Positions 38,746 through 48,782 of a stretch of 64,000 nt of DNA are shown here, piece by piece. This DNA is from a virus. The position numbers and the translations under genes are program-made. A model generated the notes under the pieces. That model saw only the letters and a program-made list of their open reading frames with translations. It was not told the origin of the DNA and made no database searches. The stretch covers positions 19,117 to 83,116 of IMG/VR virus record IMGVR_UViG_3300025317_000002, one strand, 5' to 3'. The first letter of the stretch is position 1. Each line of letters begins with the position of its first letter.

Positions 38746-41700
38746 GAACCCTCCTCAAGTGGTGTTATTTTATATTTCAACAAGAAATGTGTATCATGTT
38801 TATCGAGCTCGACAAGAAGATTTTGGATCTCGACTCCATCTCGTGGGGCCCAAGCGAGCCTAAGAGGGCTCTTATCTATCGTAACTGGAAATTCAAATGT
38901 AATCTCTACAGAGCCTTCTGCATAGGTAAGCCTCACCTTTGAAACACCTCGATTGATATTAGAAATTTCGGGGTCTTCCTTCCCATCTACAAAGACAATA
39001 TGAAGTTCATCCTGAACGGAAAGAAGTGGGATACACTCATAGACTACTTCTGGAATAATAGGCCCAGAAGGAGGCCTATCTAACCAAATTTCAACAGCAA
39101 TGGACTCGTCTTGACTAAGATCATAGACCCTTCTTTCTCTTGGCTTCTTATCCAAATTCAGTCCCGTGATACGATCCTGGTCGTTCCAAAAGGTAAGTGG
39201 ACAGCTTAAAGACAAGAAGATCTTTGATTCTAGGTTAAACGAGACATCCCTCAATTCTGAGAAGGCTGAAGTTACAATCTCACCTTTATCCGTTCGTCCT
39301 ACTAGATGGTTATTTGGAATTTCCTTCCAACCGGGAAGCGTGCAAACTCCGTCTGCTCCTTTTTGGATGGTTGGATTCTTGGAACGATGAGTGTTGTTAA
39401 TAAAGCGGGAAATGATAGAGGCATACCATACTCCACGCTTCACCTGGAGAGATAAGGAAGTAAGGCCTGCTCCTCGGTAACCTCTATAGATCGAATTCGT
39501 AGGGTTGGTGAATGTGCAAAAGACCGCAGAATACTTAGGTCTGTGAAAGACAAAGAAATCTTCTTCCCCTGGGTCACCAAAAACATGTTCGGATCGAAGC
39601 CCTAATGTTGCAGGAGGTTCCCATTCCTCCGAATTTGGATTTAGTTCCTCACTCTTCTGAATCAGAGTTTCCAGATGGTCATTGTAATGAAGAAATACTG
39701 AGAGTGGATTGAAGTGTATCCATTTGTGCCACTGATTTCCTTCAGATCTCTTTTGACCTATCTCTCCCTTGGAGATAAACATATAGCCTGGACTAGCCAA
39801 GGTGCCTTCTATAGCTCGGGTAAGCCTTGATTTGAACTTCTCATAATCAGGATAGAGTTGTTCGAATCTTCTCTTAAGAAATGGCCAGGAATTTAGCTCA
39901 AATTCTGGAACGGAAAGATAGGGCACCGCAGCGGTTGAGCCATGCTCCTGCCAATAGGTGAAGCTATGAAGTGTGTTGGTCCGGTTGTCATAGCTATTTC
40001 CTGCAACATAGTTATTTCTCTGAAATCGCTTACTCCAATGTAAACCTTGAACTTGAGCTCGAAGGGAAGCAAGTTTCTGGATAGTTGCCCCAACTCTCTT
40101 TTGATAGACGGGATCTTCAATTTCTTCAGCAAGATTGAAAAGTTCAACTAGGTGGTCCATCATGAGCCCCATATAGGAACTATTAATCGTACCATCCATG
40201 AGCCCAACACCTGAAGAAGCAAATCCCTTAGTTCCTCCCGCAACACCAAAATTGGCTCTAGACTTTAGATCAACCAGAAGCTTCGTCCATTTTTCTCGAA
40301 TATTTACTACTTGCTGTATGTCCCTAACGCCAAATTTATTGAGGAGCCCAAGAAGGCGGGTAACAAAGCAAACGGCAGCCAGATCCATATCTGTTTCCAT
40401 GTCCCCAATCGAGAGATAATTCGTCTCGCTTGACGGGGCATGAAGAACATAGCCCATCTTTTCCAGTGTTCGGAGCCAGGCCATCTTCACTGGATCTGGA
40501 AGCGAAGAGTTACACATCCTCGTGAGAACAAAAGCGGAATAATTTAGATTGAAGCCAAGCGTCTTGAAAAGATAGAAACTCGATAGAGAAACGGAGTTCG
40601 AGATAAAGAGAAGATCTAAAAGGGACACAACAAGAACTCGGTTCAGAAGCTCATCTTGATAAGAGATAACTGGATTTGCTTTATCCTGCCAGGTACCAAA
40701 GTATGCTCCAATGGTTACAATATCTGGACGCACAGGAAGATGAATCGAACCTTCTTTGAAGACGCTCTCCCAAGTAAAAAGCTCAGGAGGAAGGAGCATG
40801 AAGTCTTTCAGGATTCCAAGGAGATTAGAGCCACCGTGAAGAGATCCTAGCATGTAAGCTGTCTTCCAGAGCCCAAATTGCTTATACCAGATTTCTCGCT
40901 TTTCTAAAGAGAAATCAAGTGCATCCTCTAAAATCTCAAAATTCGCTTTGTCTGAGGTGAGTTTCTTGAGATAAGCAAACAAAATTTCCTCATTCTCATC
41001 TTTCGGATAGAAATCTTTTGTATCTGGATCATACCGAAAGTAAACTTGATTTCCAAGAGTCTGAGTAACAGAGGAATTCTGAATATTAGGTTTGAAAGCA
41101 TATCCTCCTACCACATCCTGAAGATAATTTTCCTTCTTGAGATCATAAAGATCCCCCCCTTTCTGATCAAAAGTCCATTGTGCTCGAAGCCCGACTCGAA
41201 GTGAATTTGCTTGAGCTAAAGATGGTACCCTCCGAGAATCAACATTTCTATCTTCTCCACTATAGAGCCTAGCAAATTCTTGCCCAGAAAGAGAACGCTC
41301 ATAGATCCGCAGATCATCCATCCAGAATCCCACGGAACCATATTGGGTTTTGTTTGACCCACCACAACCAAGCATAATTGGAGTTGTAGGCTGGATAGTA
41401 GATGGAAAACTACTATTAGCTAGAGTTAAGATCAGATTTGATTTTCTACCATCTACGAAGAAGGCTAAGGAATCTTCCTCCCGATTGAGAGAAATAGCTA
41501 AATGGTACCAAACATTAGGCAAAAGCATTATAGACCCGAAAGTTGAGTAAAATGGATCGGCCCAAAGATCAGGAGTAATTCCACGATTTGCATCCGGGGC
41601 ACGAAATCCCACCACAAAAGCTCCAAAACCGAGGGAGAAGATCTTACCAACCTCAGAACCTATTTTCTTGATTGGGATGCACTTTCCTGTATAAGAAAGC

Positions 41701-41906
41701 CAGAAGGCTACGGAAAAGCTTCCCTGGTTAGGGGAGAGTCCTCCTTCTTGAAAGGAAGCTAAGGCTTCCTTGGGGAGGAGAAGGTAATCTTCAACGATTC
41801 TGGTCTTAGGAAGGTGGACAGCGTAATTTCTCTCCAGAAGATTATCCACAGGTAACTTTCTAACCAAATTTCCCCCGATCAGGCTTTCATCCCGACTACC
41901 CGGCAA
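38742..41906 (-). CDS. large protein with N-terminal LamG/concanavalin-like domain
   Basis: 'SFSVAFW', 'NVWYHLAIS......FFVDG', 'MDDLRIYERSLS..E...LY'. Confidence 0.7.
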   Translation of the reverse strand: MPGSRDESLIGGNLVRKLPVDNLLERNYAVHLPKTRIVEDYLLLPKEALASFQEGGLSPNQGSFSVAFWLSYTGKCIPIKKIGSEVGKIFSLGFGAFVVGFRAPDANRGITPDLWADPFYSTFGSIMLLPNVWYHLAISLNREEDSLAFFVDGRKSNLILTLANSSFPSTIQPTTPIMLGCGGSNKTQYGSVGFWMDDLRIYERSLSGQEFARLYSGEDRNVDSRRVPSLAQANSLRVGLRAQWTFDQKGGDLYDLKKENYLQDVVGGYAFKPNIQNSSVTQTLGNQVYFRYDPDTKDFYPKDENEEILFAYLKKLTSDKANFEILEDALDFSLEKREIWYKQFGLWKTAYMLGSLHGGSNLLGILKDFMLLPPELFTWESVFKEGSIHLPVRPDIVTIGAYFGTWQDKANPVISYQDELLNRVLVVSLLDLLFISNSVSLSSFYLFKTLGFNLNYSAFVLTRMCNSSLPDPVKMAWLRTLEKMGYVLHAPSSETNYLSIGDMETDMDLAAVCFVTRLLGLLNKFGVRDIQQVVNIREKWTKLLVDLKSRANFGVAGGTKGFASSGVGLMDGTINSSYMGLMMDHLVELFNLAEEIEDPVYQKRVGATIQKLASLRAQVQGLHWSKRFQRNNYVAGNSYDNRTNTLHSFTYWQEHGSTAAVPYLSVPEFELNSWPFLKRRFEQLYPDYEKFKSRLTRAIEGTLASPGYMFISKGEIGQKRSEGNQWHKWIHFNPLSVFLHYNDHLETLIQKSEELNPNSEEWEPPATLGLRSEHVFGDPGEEDFFVFHRPKYSAVFCTFTNPTNSIYRGYRGAGLTSLSLQVKRGVWYASIISRFINNTHRSKNPTIQKGADGVCTLPGWKEIPNNHLVGRTDKGEIVTSAFSELRDVSFNLESKIFLSLSCPLTFWNDQDRITGLNLDKKPRERRVYDLSQDESIAVEIWLDRPPSGPIIPEVVYECIPLLSVQDELHIVFVDGKEDPEISNINRGVSKVRLTYAEGSVEITFEFPVTIDKSPLRLAWAPRDGVEIQNLLVELDKHDTHFLLKYKITPLEEGS

Positions 41907-42088
41907 ATTCCCTTCCAGTCCTTAAGTCTAGCAATCTTGATTGCCTCTTTCCGGGCATCACAGATAGTACCTGAAACCTCAACCCGTTCTTTGCCAATTT
42001 CAAATACCCACACCCGGTGGGGACCAATATAGGCAAAGCCTCAAGGAGATTTACGAGGTTTCGATGATATCAATTGATCATTTCCCAT
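41879..42088 (-). pseudogene. small ORF interrupted by in-frame TGA
   Basis: MGNDQLISSKPRKSP*GFAYIGPHRVWVFEIGKERVEVSGTICDARKEAIKIARLKDWKGICRVVGMKA*. Confidence 0.35.
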
Positions 42089-42104
42089 TATCTTTATCTA
42101 GACG

Positions 42105-42902
42105 CTAACTTTTTCTATTTGGGCCAAATGGCTTTTCGTAGTAGAGTGCACAGACACACTGGGGAAAACAACGTAGCGATAAGGAACCGGGCACAGTTCC
42201 TAGAGAATATGAATTATAGGGAGAATTTCTTTCCATTCTAAGACAATCAGGACAATAGAATTCAGCTTCCTCTCTTACCCAATGAAATCTTACTTCGCCG
42301 CCAAGCGCGTTGGTAATGGAAATTACCCTGAAGACAAGTGCGATTCCCTTGAAAGCCGACAAATAGAGATCTAGATCTGGGGAAGCTCTGCTCCCTAAAA
42401 TCCGAGTAATTTCCTTGGACAATTTTGGAAGGGTAAGTTGAAGCTCCTCTTGAAATCTAGGATGTCTTACTAGGGAAGAAGAAGGCCTCTCCCCAAAGAG
42501 GGGAGGGATTGGGAAAAGGGGTTTGTCCTTGTCTACAAAGAGAGCCAAGGCCAAAAACACCCGGTTCAAGATTTTGAAGACATCCGAGCCTAGATTCGAG
42601 CGGCTTCCTATTATAGGATCTGATCCATAGACTTTCTCCTCCGCATCCACATTTACAAAAAGGAGATCTTGACTTGGAGAGAGATTCCTTTCTTTATCTT
42701 CTAAGGGAATCCTGGAAGGACTGACTCCGAGAAACTTCACGCGAAGTTGAAGAAGAGAGGAAGCTACCCTCTTCAACTCTAAATCCAAATTAGGAGGAAC
42801 TAAGATTTTCTTCTTATCCAAGAAGGAGGAGTTTTTCTTTGCTTTCGTCTGCATTCTCAAATTTCCTCCCTGGTATTCTACATTGGCAGGAATATCGAAC
42901 AA
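42105..42902 (-). CDS. putative head morphogenesis protein (MuF/SPP1 gp7-like C-terminus)
   Basis: 'FHW......YCPDCL......PY.......PG....C...CVCAL'; downstream of portal. Confidence 0.55.
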   Translation of the reverse strand: MFDIPANVEYQGGNLRMQTKAKKNSSFLDKKKILVPPNLDLELKRVASSLLQLRVKFLGVSPSRIPLEDKERNLSPSQDLLFVNVDAEEKVYGSDPIIGSRSNLGSDVFKILNRVFLALALFVDKDKPLFPIPPLFGERPSSSLVRHPRFQEELQLTLPKLSKEITRILGSRASPDLDLYLSAFKGIALVFRVISITNALGGEVRFHWVREEAEFYCPDCLRMERNSPYNSYSLGTVPGSLSLRCFPQCVCALYYEKPFGPNRKS

Positions 42903-43002
42903 CTTCCACAGGATCTACTTGCCCTTTGAAATTACGTGGCATATATACAGGTCCCCCGCAGTAAGGGCAGCTTGAAACTTGCTTTAACTCTTCATTCTTC
43001 AT
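42814..43002 (-). CDS. small Zn-ribbon protein
   Basis: GAGG RBS before MKNEEL; 'CPYCGGPVY...YSCQC'. Confidence 0.5.
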   Translation of the reverse strand: MKNEELKQVSSCPYCGGPVYMPRNFKGQVDPVEVVRYSCQCRIPGRKFENADESKEKLLLLG

Positions 43003-43339
43003 TGTCTTTTTCCTCTTTCTTTTTCTCACACCTAATTTTTGGCCCCTCCTTCCAACCATAAACCAATCTTCCCTCTCGAACAAGTCGAGTTAGCTTTCGT
43101 CCCGGAATTATCTGAACTTTAACTCTCTCCCCAAGGTGGATGATTCCATTTGGGGTTGATTTGGTAATAGGCTTAGCAACAATCGGTCGAAACAAAAAGT
43201 CTCCACGTAGGAAAACGTAGTTACCTTGAGCCAGGGTTTCCATAATGACTTCCAGAGTCTTGTTGAGAACAGTCAAGACTTCTTCAAAGGGAATTGTGGT
43301 TTCCTTGGAAACTTGTTTGGCTAACTCACGTCTACGCAT
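42992..43339 (-). CDS. HU/IHF-family DNA-binding protein
   Basis: 'RRELAKQVSKET......V..VL....E.I...L.QG..V.LRG..F'. Confidence 0.8.
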   Translation of the reverse strand: MRRRELAKQVSKETTIPFEEVLTVLNKTLEVIMETLAQGNYVFLRGDFLFRPIVAKPITKSTPNGIIHLGERVKVQIIPGRKLTRLVREGRLVYGWKEGPKIRCEKKKEEKDNEE

Positions 43340-44960
43340 GAAGATCCGCCTTTTCGGGATCAAAGGAGTTAACGGAGCCTGGAGCAGGTAAAATATCCCG
43401 CCTCACATATTTTCCGCCACTGATCCTTCCCCTACAAGCTGCATCTAACTCTGTCAGATCTTTAAGGTGTCCAAGCCTTTGCACAAAATCTGGATCTTCA
43501 TCCAAAACATCCGCCACGATTTGGTTGGCCTTTTGCAGGTCCTCCATTGGCATATTCTTAGCAATATTGGAAGGGGCTCCAAGAACTGCCTTCGGGTCTG
43601 GAAATACTCTTTTTATCATCTCGTCTTCCATTCCCAGAATATTGGAGAGAATATAGAGCGTCCAAGTTGCAGGATTTAACATAAGTTGTGTGCCAACATT
43701 GAAGAGACGTTCCGCCACTCCTACTTTGATCTGTAGAGTTTCTAGTCTCTGCGTCTCAGCGAGCTGGGAGACAACCGTCATCATGAGCTGATAGATCAAG
43801 TGCTTTGGAATAAACCCTCGTGCAGCCATGTGAACGTCAATTGTTCTTCGAAGCCCGATTATGACTGCCTTTTGCACTTTGAGAATCGTTCTGGCATAGC
43901 GAATATCCTGCTGGGCTAAGCTTAGCCTAGTTACAAATGCTGCTGGAAGATCTGATTCCTGAGAAAGATAAACACGAGGAACCTTGAGTCCAGCATACAT
44001 ACGAGACTTGAAGTAATCGATTCCTCCAAGATCCCTTCCTCCGACTGTTCCGGGAAGCTTGACTACATCCGAAGTTGAGCCTGACATAACTGGCCACCAG
44101 ATATCGTCATCATAAATGGAGGCCAGCCAGTTGCTTTTGAATTCTCCGGTAACCGGATCAATGTAATTTCGTTTCTTGTAAGCCGAACGCCATCTCTTAA
44201 TAATACGCAGACGTTCTTCGGGAGTGGCGTTACCAGTATCGATCTTGTAGAGAAATCTGTCAGGTGCTCGAAGAATCTCGTAGATGAAGACATTATCTTC
44301 TAACATCTTGACCCGCTTCCAGTTATCCCGAATTGGAAGAAAAAGAGAATCTCCGTAGATAGAATCTGGAGTTCGGGAGGGAAGGATATAGTGTGTAAAC
44401 TCCCAGGGGTGAAGCTCCTTGTCAATTTTTGGCATAGGAACGGAAGAAACATCTCCCGAATTTATGATTTTGTAGCCTTTTGTATTTCCCATGAAATCAA
44501 CATTTTTCATTACATCTCTCGCTGGAAAATACTTAGCTCCGTAAACACCATCTCTGACAAAGAGCATGTCGAATACGTCCCCAAACTTAGCAAGGGTCCT
44601 GCAAAGAGAAGGAAGCCGCGAATCGATATTAAGAGAAGCCAAAACCCTCTCCCCTTCCTTAAGTATTGTCTTCTCTTTGGCATCGATCCAAGCGGAGGAT
44701 TGGTGTTGTGGGTCAATCTGAATAGCATCTTCCGCTACCAAATCCAAGAAAGCAGAAGTATCAGGATACTGATCCATGGCTTCATAATCCCGATACATCT
44801 GCAATCTAGAGAAATCTGGTTGGAACTGAGATTGAAGCCACTCATAGACTCCTCCCTGATAGAGAGCACTTCCATCCATACTGGGAGGAAGATCTGGCTT
44901 ACGGTAAGCAAATGTCTTGACAAGAGCATTAGACCAAACACTAGGATGACCGGAAACCAT
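43332..44960 (-). CDS. portal protein (T4 gp20-like)
   Basis: 'YRDYEAMD', 'LEDNVFIY.I.RAP.R..Y.ID.GN', 'DD.W.P......DV..LPG', 'IDYF..R.Y.GLKVP..YL'. Confidence 0.9.
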   Translation of the reverse strand: MVSGHPSVWSNALVKTFAYRKPDLPPSMDGSALYQGGVYEWLQSQFQPDFSRLQMYRDYEAMDQYPDTSAFLDLVAEDAIQIDPQHQSSAWIDAKEKTILKEGERVLASLNIDSRLPSLCRTLAKFGDVFDMLFVRDGVYGAKYFPARDVMKNVDFMGNTKGYKIINSGDVSSVPMPKIDKELHPWEFTHYILPSRTPDSIYGDSLFLPIRDNWKRVKMLEDNVFIYEILRAPDRFLYKIDTGNATPEERLRIIKRWRSAYKKRNYIDPVTGEFKSNWLASIYDDDIWWPVMSGSTSDVVKLPGTVGGRDLGGIDYFKSRMYAGLKVPRVYLSQESDLPAAFVTRLSLAQQDIRYARTILKVQKAVIIGLRRTIDVHMAARGFIPKHLIYQLMMTVVSQLAETQRLETLQIKVGVAERLFNVGTQLMLNPATWTLYILSNILGMEDEMIKRVFPDPKAVLGAPSNIAKNMPMEDLQKANQIVADVLDEDPDFVQRLGHLKDLTELDAACRGRISGGKYVRRDILPAPGSVNSFDPEKADLHA

Positions 44961-46945
44961 TAGTTGTATTCCTTGTAGACCCATGAGTGATCATGAAGAT
45001 CATTCCAGGTAGAACTAACTGGATGAGACTTGATCTGGGCAAACGTTTGAGGGTCATTCAAAACTGGATGCATGCCTTTGTCTTCCAGGGCATGATAGAT
45101 TGCCCCCGAGAGTGTATCGGCTGAATCTTTTGACCCCTTTCCTTCGAAGTAGACTTTCTTCTTCTTCTTGTCATGTTTCAGGTGACTTAGTTCTCTAAGA
45201 AGAATAGGGTAATCATAGTAGCGAATCATTCCCTCCAAGATAGCTTGTTTGGTATGGACATAGGGAACATCCGTTCTTTCCAAGGAGAGGTGCCCCGCAT
45301 AAGCCGTGCTGTGTGAAATCTTGTTGGGAAGTTTCTTTTGAAAGAAGGTAAATCCATCTTTAACCAAAGTCTGGACGGCAAATTCAAAATTCCATCTATC
45401 AAGCGTCACTACCCGGATTGGCATCCCCATTCCGCGAAGATATAAGATAAAATCCAGGATCTTGGCTAGATCTGTTCTCATTCCTTCAATCGAGGGGATA
45501 TTCAAAGTAAGATCCATCTCGATTTCCGGGGCCATCACACTGTAGAGTGTACCATCCGGTCTAACTCGTTCTATATTTTTAAGCCTGCAGATATGAAGAA
45601 CTGTAAATGCTGCTGCACATTCTGTAGAGGCAAGATCAATATGAATTGCTCTTGGAGAACTTGGGCATTTGCAGATAACATAGCCTCCTACTCTTCTTTC
45701 AAAGAGTAGGTCGTATTTGAAGGCATCCTTGATGTCATAATCACACCCCACAGGAAGAGGTAAAGTTTCCACGGTAAAAGGATGAACCAAACTAGGATCA
45801 ATACAAGCTCCAATTGCATTTCGATCAGGAATGAGGAGTCTGTCTGGTAAAGTTGAAATCCCGGCAGAATTCTGGAGAAACTTATCTGGATCAATCAAGG
45901 CCTGGTGATAATGCTCAATGGGAGGGGTGATTAGACGATGGAGATTTTCTTCAGTCAGAACCTCCTCGTCAGATAAAATTCGAGTTGACTCAATCCCATC
46001 CCCAGCCAACATCCTGAATTTTTCTCCAGAATATGTCCCCTCCTCTTTCATATCCCAGATAGCAAATGCACTCTTGTGCGTAAGATAAGCAAGTTCGGGA
46101 TGGGATTTTAGCCGATCTAAATGCTCTTCCAGAAAGGAGGTCGTAAGGTCTGCAGAAGAAACAAGACACAAGAGTCCAGGAATTTTCCTACCTCGACGGA
46201 TGAATCTATTTTCAAGACGGGATTTGAGCTCAACATAGATGTTGTAGGCTACCCCTCGTTCCTCTACTGTCGCCCCATGTTTGTAGGCTGAGACCTCATC
46301 GAGTATCCCCCACATTATATTGAGACCCAAAGCGTGAAGCGTTTTGGAACCCTCGATTACACGAATATTGTTGGGAAAGAAGATTCCATCATCTCGAAGA
46401 ACGGCGGGGAAATTTTCTCTGAAATAAGGAGATTGGTGTGCGATGTTATGAAAGTTTACAAGATCGACAAGTTTAGACTGCTTTAATGTTGCATTGAAAA
46501 GGCCTCCCACAATCATGGAACCTGGGGCGAGCCCATAGTATTCCTGTGGGTTTCGAAGACAACTTGCTTCACAGATCTTATAGAGAATCGCCATGAAGGA
46601 AATAGTTGATTTTCCAGTAGAGTTACCTCCTGTCAGGATCCACTCTACAATACTACCTGAAACTACTTGCTCAAACTCTGGAATCCAGGCTTTACGAGCA
46701 AGATCAAAATATCCTCCCAGATAATACTTATCCAAGAGAAATGTAAGGGGGTTTGGAGGTTTTCTGGTATAGTCTCTTTGCCAGAGTCCCTTTAGAAGAT
46801 CGGACTCACCCTCCTCAAGCCATTGCCTAAGAATCTTTACTACCACCTCTCTCTCCATATCCGAGAGGCGATTCAGAAGCTCCATGTCCCCACTTTGGAG
46901 TTCTTGAGCAAGTTTATCAATCTTCTTTAGATCCATTTTCTTCAC
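44960..46945 (-). CDS. terL: terminase large subunit
   Basis: Walker A 'GGNSTGKST', Walker B 'GILDEV', nuclease 'IHIDLA', C-terminal 'SKDSAD'; adjacent to portal. Confidence 0.85.
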   Translation of the reverse strand: MKKMDLKKIDKLAQELQSGDMELLNRLSDMEREVVVKILRQWLEEGESDLLKGLWQRDYTRKPPNPLTFLLDKYYLGGYFDLARKAWIPEFEQVVSGSIVEWILTGGNSTGKSTISFMAILYKICEASCLRNPQEYYGLAPGSMIVGGLFNATLKQSKLVDLVNFHNIAHQSPYFRENFPAVLRDDGIFFPNNIRVIEGSKTLHALGLNIMWGILDEVSAYKHGATVEERGVAYNIYVELKSRLENRFIRRGRKIPGLLCLVSSADLTTSFLEEHLDRLKSHPELAYLTHKSAFAIWDMKEEGTYSGEKFRMLAGDGIESTRILSDEEVLTEENLHRLITPPIEHYHQALIDPDKFLQNSAGISTLPDRLLIPDRNAIGACIDPSLVHPFTVETLPLPVGCDYDIKDAFKYDLLFERRVGGYVICKCPSSPRAIHIDLASTECAAAFTVLHICRLKNIERVRPDGTLYSVMAPEIEMDLTLNIPSIEGMRTDLAKILDFILYLRGMGMPIRVVTLDRWNFEFAVQTLVKDGFTFFQKKLPNKISHSTAYAGHLSLERTDVPYVHTKQAILEGMIRYYDYPILLRELSHLKHDKKKKKVYFEGKGSKDSADTLSGAIYHALEDKGMHPVLNDPQTFAQIKSHPVSSTWNDLHDHSWVYKEYN

Positions 46946-47447
46946 TATCCAGAGGAAGATCTTCGTTTCTTTTCTCGATAGAAGCCAAAAGTTCTTTTAT
47001 GACTTGTCTGGTGTTGTCTCTTTGTTGTGGTTTCAGAAGATCAAGCTGGGGATTATGGAGATGAAGATGAAGCTCATCATGCTGGGCTTTCTCTTTTGTG
47101 ACATTGTCTGCTGTTAAAATCTTCTGGACAAACTCGAGGCGTATCTTCATGGTGTCACTCATGGCTCTAAATGCCTTCACCTTGTCTTTGTAGTCGGCCC
47201 CAGCAATCCCGCTATAGACTTCAGATTCAATGGTATCTAGCTCATCCATCATTCGAAGGATTGAAATCATGGTTCTCTGTGCAGCCCCAACCAAGGAAAC
47301 AGAAAGCTTGAACTTATGAGCTTCTAGAACTTCCTCGACAGCTTGTCTCGCCATCTGGTCCGTAATTCCACCACGAAGCCATTTACGGATAAGCTCTACT
47401 TTCTCATCTAAAATCTTGGGAGAAATTGTTCTCGGATCGTCAGCCAT
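46917..47447 (-). CDS. possible terminase small subunit
   Basis: Helical protein immediately upstream of TerL; positional inference. Confidence 0.4.
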   Translation of the reverse strand: MADDPRTISPKILDEKVELIRKWLRGGITDQMARQAVEEVLEAHKFKLSVSLVGAAQRTMISILRMMDELDTIESEVYSGIAGADYKDKVKAFRAMSDTMKIRLEFVQKILTADNVTKEKAQHDELHLHLHNPQLDLLKPQQRDNTRQVIKELLASIEKRNEDLPLDSEENGSKED

Positions 47448-47862
47448 TTTTCGGGTCCTGTAGTTTCATCTTTTGAAGCTTTTTCTTAATCTTCTGATAA
47501 TGAGAGCCCATCTTTTTTGAATTTATAGAATCTAAGGAATCATAATCTTCCGTGAGAAGGGAACTGGTTTGCTTGGGATGCTCCACAGATAGTCTAGCAT
47601 GAATATCAGCATCTCGAATGGCCTTGAGGATATCTTCCATATAGGGTATCTTAAGAGTAGTACCTGCGAAGCGCTCCAGAAAATCCAGAAACTTCTCTTT
47701 ACCTAAGAACTCATAGATCTCAGGGACCAGACTATATTTCGTACAAACAAAAAATATGGCTGTTTGAAGCACATTAAGATTAGATGCTCTTTGTTTATCG
47801 ATCAGCCGAATGGGCTCCCTATCCTTCTCCAATTGTCTCTCAAAGAATTCAACTCTACTCAT
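47440..47862 (-). CDS. Mor-like DNA-binding protein
   Basis: 'E.LG.E.FL.FL..FAGTTLKIP' resembles the Mor/C activator core. Confidence 0.45.
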   Translation of the reverse strand: MSRVEFFERQLEKDREPIRLIDKQRASNLNVLQTAIFFVCTKYSLVPEIYEFLGKEKFLDFLERFAGTTLKIPYMEDILKAIRDADIHARLSVEHPKQTSSLLTEDYDSLDSINSKKMGSHYQKIKKKLQKMKLQDPKNG

Positions 47863-48688
47863 CTGCGTTTCCTATCATGTCTATTACACCCTCAAGATCA
47901 AAGGGAACCTCGGAAGGATCAACTTCATCCATAGCATCCGAACCAGGGCTAAAGGTCTCATGAATTCTTCTTAGCTTGGTATCCCAGATTTCAAATCCCC
48001 AAGCATGCGCTCTAAGATATACCCGGATATGATAAGTAATATAATCCATGAAGAATTTGAGCTGAGTGAAAGTAACATCATACTTTTGTTTCAGAAGCTC
48101 TTTGTCAGCCTTTTCTCCGTTTTGAAACAGGCATAGAAGCTCAAGACAAAGAGAACGCTCATGCCCCTCGAATCTCAAATTCTCTGCAATTTCCTGCACC
48201 AGATTTTGGTTGACCTGAAAAGCATAGTAAGCATTCTCAAAATCGAGATGCTTTTCGAGTCTCCCGTAAATGGGCGGGTAGTTATTCCAAGCAAAGTCAA
48301 TGAGATTTAAGAATTCCTTAAGTTCCTTTCGAATCACATCCCGAATGATGAAAGAAATTCGACCCCACATATAATGAGTGATAAGCTTATTCTGAAGAAC
48401 AGTTGGTTCACAGAATATGAAGTACTTCCAAAGTTCAAGTAATACTCTACTCTCAATTTCTGCCTGAAACTCTGTCTCAAATGCTCGGCATCTCTTCCAA
48501 AGCTGCTTTCGAACTAAGGGAAGCCAAGCCAGATATGCTTCCTCAGCGGAAGCTTTTCCTGTGAAATAGGCAATGTAGAGATCAGTCGCCCTTTGTGCAT
48601 CTTTTATGTCAAAGCGAGCTGCAAGATGCTTGCGAAGTGCAGGCACTTGAGCCTCAAAGTTATATCTTTTCAAATCTGAGCGTGGCAT
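47855..48688 (-). CDS. hypothetical protein (possibly divergent sigma-like)
   Basis: Helical; weak resemblance to sigma region 2. Confidence 0.5.
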   Translation of the reverse strand: MPRSDLKRYNFEAQVPALRKHLAARFDIKDAQRATDLYIAYFTGKASAEEAYLAWLPLVRKQLWKRCRAFETEFQAEIESRVLLELWKYFIFCEPTVLQNKLITHYMWGRISFIIRDVIRKELKEFLNLIDFAWNNYPPIYGRLEKHLDFENAYYAFQVNQNLVQEIAENLRFEGHERSLCLELLCLFQNGEKADKELLKQKYDVTFTQLKFFMDYITYHIRVYLRAHAWGFEIWDTKLRRIHETFSPGSDAMDEVDPSEVPFDLEGVIDMIGNADE

Positions 48689-48694
48689 ATCTTA

Positions 48695-48723
48695 AGCATA
48701 GCATATTTTCGACTTTAGGTCTA
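48695..48723 (-). promoter_or_regulatory. candidate sigma70-type promoter
   Basis: TAGACC-17 nt-(TGc)TATGCT, ending 6 nt before the ATG at 48688. Confidence 0.4.
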
Positions 48724-48782
48724 TGTCTTCTTTGGATGGGGATGAATTTGGAGAAAATAAGGAAGAAGGGAGAGGAAAGGGA

